Virus record (IMG/VR): IMGVR_UViG_3300011441_000005
Span: 1-40,301 of that record
DNA length: 40,301 nucleotides
Reading direction: 5' to 3' (one strand)
Source: a virus
The translations under genes were made by a program, and so were the position numbers. The notes under the pieces are model-generated. The model saw only the letters and a program-made list of their open reading frames with translations. It did no database searches and had not been told where the DNA came from. Positions 38,491-40,301 of the stretch are shown in pieces. Every line of letters begins with the position of its first letter. The stretch's first letter is position 1.

Positions 38491-39918
38491 ATGTCGACCG
38501 CAGCGCTGCTCAGGGCTCACGATCGCATGCGGCCACGGCGGCGCTGGCTCGATGGCCTCTTCCCGAAGCAACGTGAGTTTGTAGACGACCCCGCGAAGGA
38601 AAAGGCGGCGTTAAAGGGTCGGCGCGGAGGGGGGACGTGGGCGGGCGCCGTGGGGCTCTACGACAAGGCGCGCGAGGTGCGTTGCCAATGCCCCTACATC
38701 GCCCTGTCCGCGGTGCAGGCGAGGCGAATCATGTGGCCGGTCGTGAAGGAGGTAAACGACCGATATCGGCTCGGGATGAAGATGAACGACCACGAGCTGA
38801 TCGCCGAGGTCCCAGAGACGGGCAGTCAGATCTTCCTCGTTGGGGGCGACGACATGCGCAAGGTCGAGGCGCTCCGCGGGGGCAAGTACGGCCGCGTGGT
38901 CATCGACGAGCCCGGCAGCTTCCCGAAGACGCTGCTTCGGTACATGTCCGACGACGTACTCGACGCGGCACTGCTCGACCTCGACGGGGACAAATGGCTC
39001 ATCGGCTCCCCCAACGCGGCGTGCGTGGGGCACTTTCACGACCTTACCACCGGGAAAAACCCTGAGGTCCAGAAGATACCCACGTACCACTGGACGGTGC
39101 TGGATAACCCCTTCATCCCCCACGCCGCCGAGTGGCTGAAGCGCAAGCGGGAATCGAAGAAGTGGGCGGCCGATAACCCCGTCTACCTGCGCGAATACAT
39201 GGCGCAGTGGATTCGGGACGTCTCGTCGCTGGTATTCCGGTTCGACCGGGCCCGCCACATGGTCAACGCCGTGCCTCAGGGGCTCGCTGGCGTCGTCGGC
39301 GTCGACTTGGGCAGCTCGGCCAAGGTTGAGTCGATGGCCTTCTCCACGCTCTTCTGGGAGCGGTACAGCAAGGTCGTTACCATCGCCCGGGCCACCAAGC
39401 ACAAGGACATGGCGCCGAGCGATGGGGCCGATCACCTTCGCGCCCTGTTCGCTGAGTTCCCCGCGCTCCGCTACGCCGTCGTCGACGAAGGGGGGCTCGG
39501 CAAGGGCTACACGTCCGAGTGGAGGCGCCGACACAGCCTCGCCGTGGTCGCTGCGCAGAAGACAGAGCGAAACGCCTACATCGAGAACATGAACGACGCC
39601 TTTGACGACGATCTGATTAAACTCTACGAGCCGGACACCAGACCGCTCGTCGACGAGCTCGAGCTGGCCCAGTGGGACGAAGACCGCAAGGACATCGACG
39701 ACCGGTTTCTCTGCCACAGCATCGATGCGAGTCTGTACGGCTGGCGCGATTGCCACGCCTGGGGGGAGCCGACCGCGCCGGCAGACAAGCCGCAGAAGGG
39801 TACGCCGGAGTACGACGACATGATCCGGCTGAAGGAGCGCGAGGAGTCGATGGCCCGCGTTCGCAAGGCCCGCGAGCAGAGGCTGCGGGCGTCAATGCAC
39901 GGACGCTGGGCTCGGTGA
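38491..39918 (+). CDS. terL: Terminase large subunit
   Basis: 475 aa. It has a Walker-A-like KGRRGGGT, a Walker-B RVVIDEPG, and nuclease-half acidic motifs (VVGVDLG, VVDEGG, HSIDAS). It lies upstream of the portal on the circular map. Confidence 0.85.
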   Translation: MSTAALLRAHDRMRPRRRWLDGLFPKQREFVDDPAKEKAALKGRRGGGTWAGAVGLYDKAREVRCQCPYIALSAVQARRIMWPVVKEVNDRYRLGMKMNDHELIAEVPETGSQIFLVGGDDMRKVEALRGGKYGRVVIDEPGSFPKTLLRYMSDDVLDAALLDLDGDKWLIGSPNAACVGHFHDLTTGKNPEVQKIPTYHWTVLDNPFIPHAAEWLKRKRESKKWAADNPVYLREYMAQWIRDVSSLVFRFDRARHMVNAVPQGLAGVVGVDLGSSAKVESMAFSTLFWERYSKVVTIARATKHKDMAPSDGADHLRALFAEFPALRYAVVDEGGLGKGYTSEWRRRHSLAVVAAQKTERNAYIENMNDAFDDDLIKLYEPDTRPLVDELELAQWDEDRKDIDDRFLCHSIDASLYGWRDCHAWGEPTAPADKPQKGTPEYDDMIRLKEREESMARVRKAREQRLRASMHGRWAR

Positions 39919-39940
39919 GCAAGAAAGGACAGACACGAGA

Positions 39941-40195
39941 ATGAACCCGGTACCACAGAACGAATGCGCGCGGTGCGGCAAACCCGCCCCCGGTGAGCTC
40001 GGCGGACGCGTCGCCATCATGTCACCAAAGCAGCAATTTACGTACAAGTTCACGTTCTGCGAGCCGTGCATGGACGTGCTGCACGCGAAGCTGGGAGAGC
40101 TCATCGGCAAGTTCTGCAATGAGGTGCAGCTACCGAAGCCAGCGCAACTTGCGCCGCCGACACCGCTCGCAGCGCCAGGCCGTCCTCACGGCTAA
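39941..40195 (+). CDS. Small zinc-ribbon protein
   Basis: 84 aa. It contains CARCG...CEPCM and a Pro-rich tail, with RBS-like AAAGGA upstream. Confidence 0.6.
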   Translation: MNPVPQNECARCGKPAPGELGGRVAIMSPKQQFTYKFTFCEPCMDVLHAKLGELIGKFCNEVQLPKPAQLAPPTPLAAPGRPHG

Positions 40196-40242
40196 GACAC
40201 GTTCAAACCAGCGGCGCCGAACGCGCGCCATGTGACCACCGC

Positions 40243-40301
40243 ATAGGCAATGCATCGGGCGGCAGCATAGCCGACCCGTCGACGCTCGACACCCTCGTAG
40301 A
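40243..40301. repeat. Right copy of exact 59-bp terminal direct repeat
   Basis: Identical to bases 1-59. This is either an assembler overlap of a circular or permuted genome, or a short DTR. Confidence 0.98.

Larger units (their letters stand above)
1..40301. mobile_element. Complete genome of a GC-rich temperate tailed phage (integrase, attP, immunity switch, replication, packaging, virion and lysis modules)
   Basis: Identical 59-bp ends close the map. All canonical phage modules are present, gene packing is near-continuous, and no host housekeeping genes are seen. Confidence 0.85.

Noticed and set aside
40213-40229. The hairpin GGCGC-cgaacgc-GCGCC after the last gene, considered as a terminator
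   Set aside because: It has only a 5-bp stem and no downstream T-run, so it is too weak to call.

Overview
The window is one complete genome of a GC-rich temperate tailed phage. Bases 1-59 are repeated exactly at 40243-40301, so the unique sequence is 40,242 bp, either circular or with a short terminal repeat.

Gene order on the closed map:
- Virion genes (+ strand): terL (38491-39918), portal, scaffold, capsid, small head/connector genes, a run of very large virion proteins (1048, 529, 606 and 915 aa), a LamG-like protein and a beta-helix tailspike. No sheath, tube or clear tape-measure set was recognised, so the layout looks short-tailed, but that is inference.
- Lysis cassette at 20.8-22.5 kb, followed by an unusual three-gene fiber-like module that ends in a 20-aa-repeat protein.
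- A leftward early operon on the minus strand (28263 down to 24464). It contains membrane and exported proteins with a second lytic transglycosylase, zinc-ribbon proteins, an annealase plus PD-(D/E)XK nuclease pair, and an arm-type DNA-binding protein.
- A lambda-like immunity region at 28.2-29.1 kb.
- A rightward operon with xis-int, then attP carrying a tRNA 3' fragment at about 32.8 kb.
- A replication module with an ori-like iteron and GATC cluster inside the initiator gene, a VRR-NUC nuclease, and many small zinc-binding proteins.

Most interesting observations:
1. Two near-identical promoter/operator units flank the cI-like gene. Each abuts a start codon with no Shine-Dalgarno sequence, which predicts leaderless PL/PR analogues.
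2. An envelope-directed gene cluster containing a signal/SAR-type transglycosylase sits in the early operon.
3. The origin candidate lies inside the replication gene.
4. The attP architecture is resolvable from sequence.
5. A virion protein combines a glycine-zipper N-terminus with a peptidase S74 chaperone domain.
6. A repeat-built protein follows the lysis genes.

All functional calls come from motif recognition by eye and from gene order. No database search was possible, and start codons were chosen from RBS and overlap logic.
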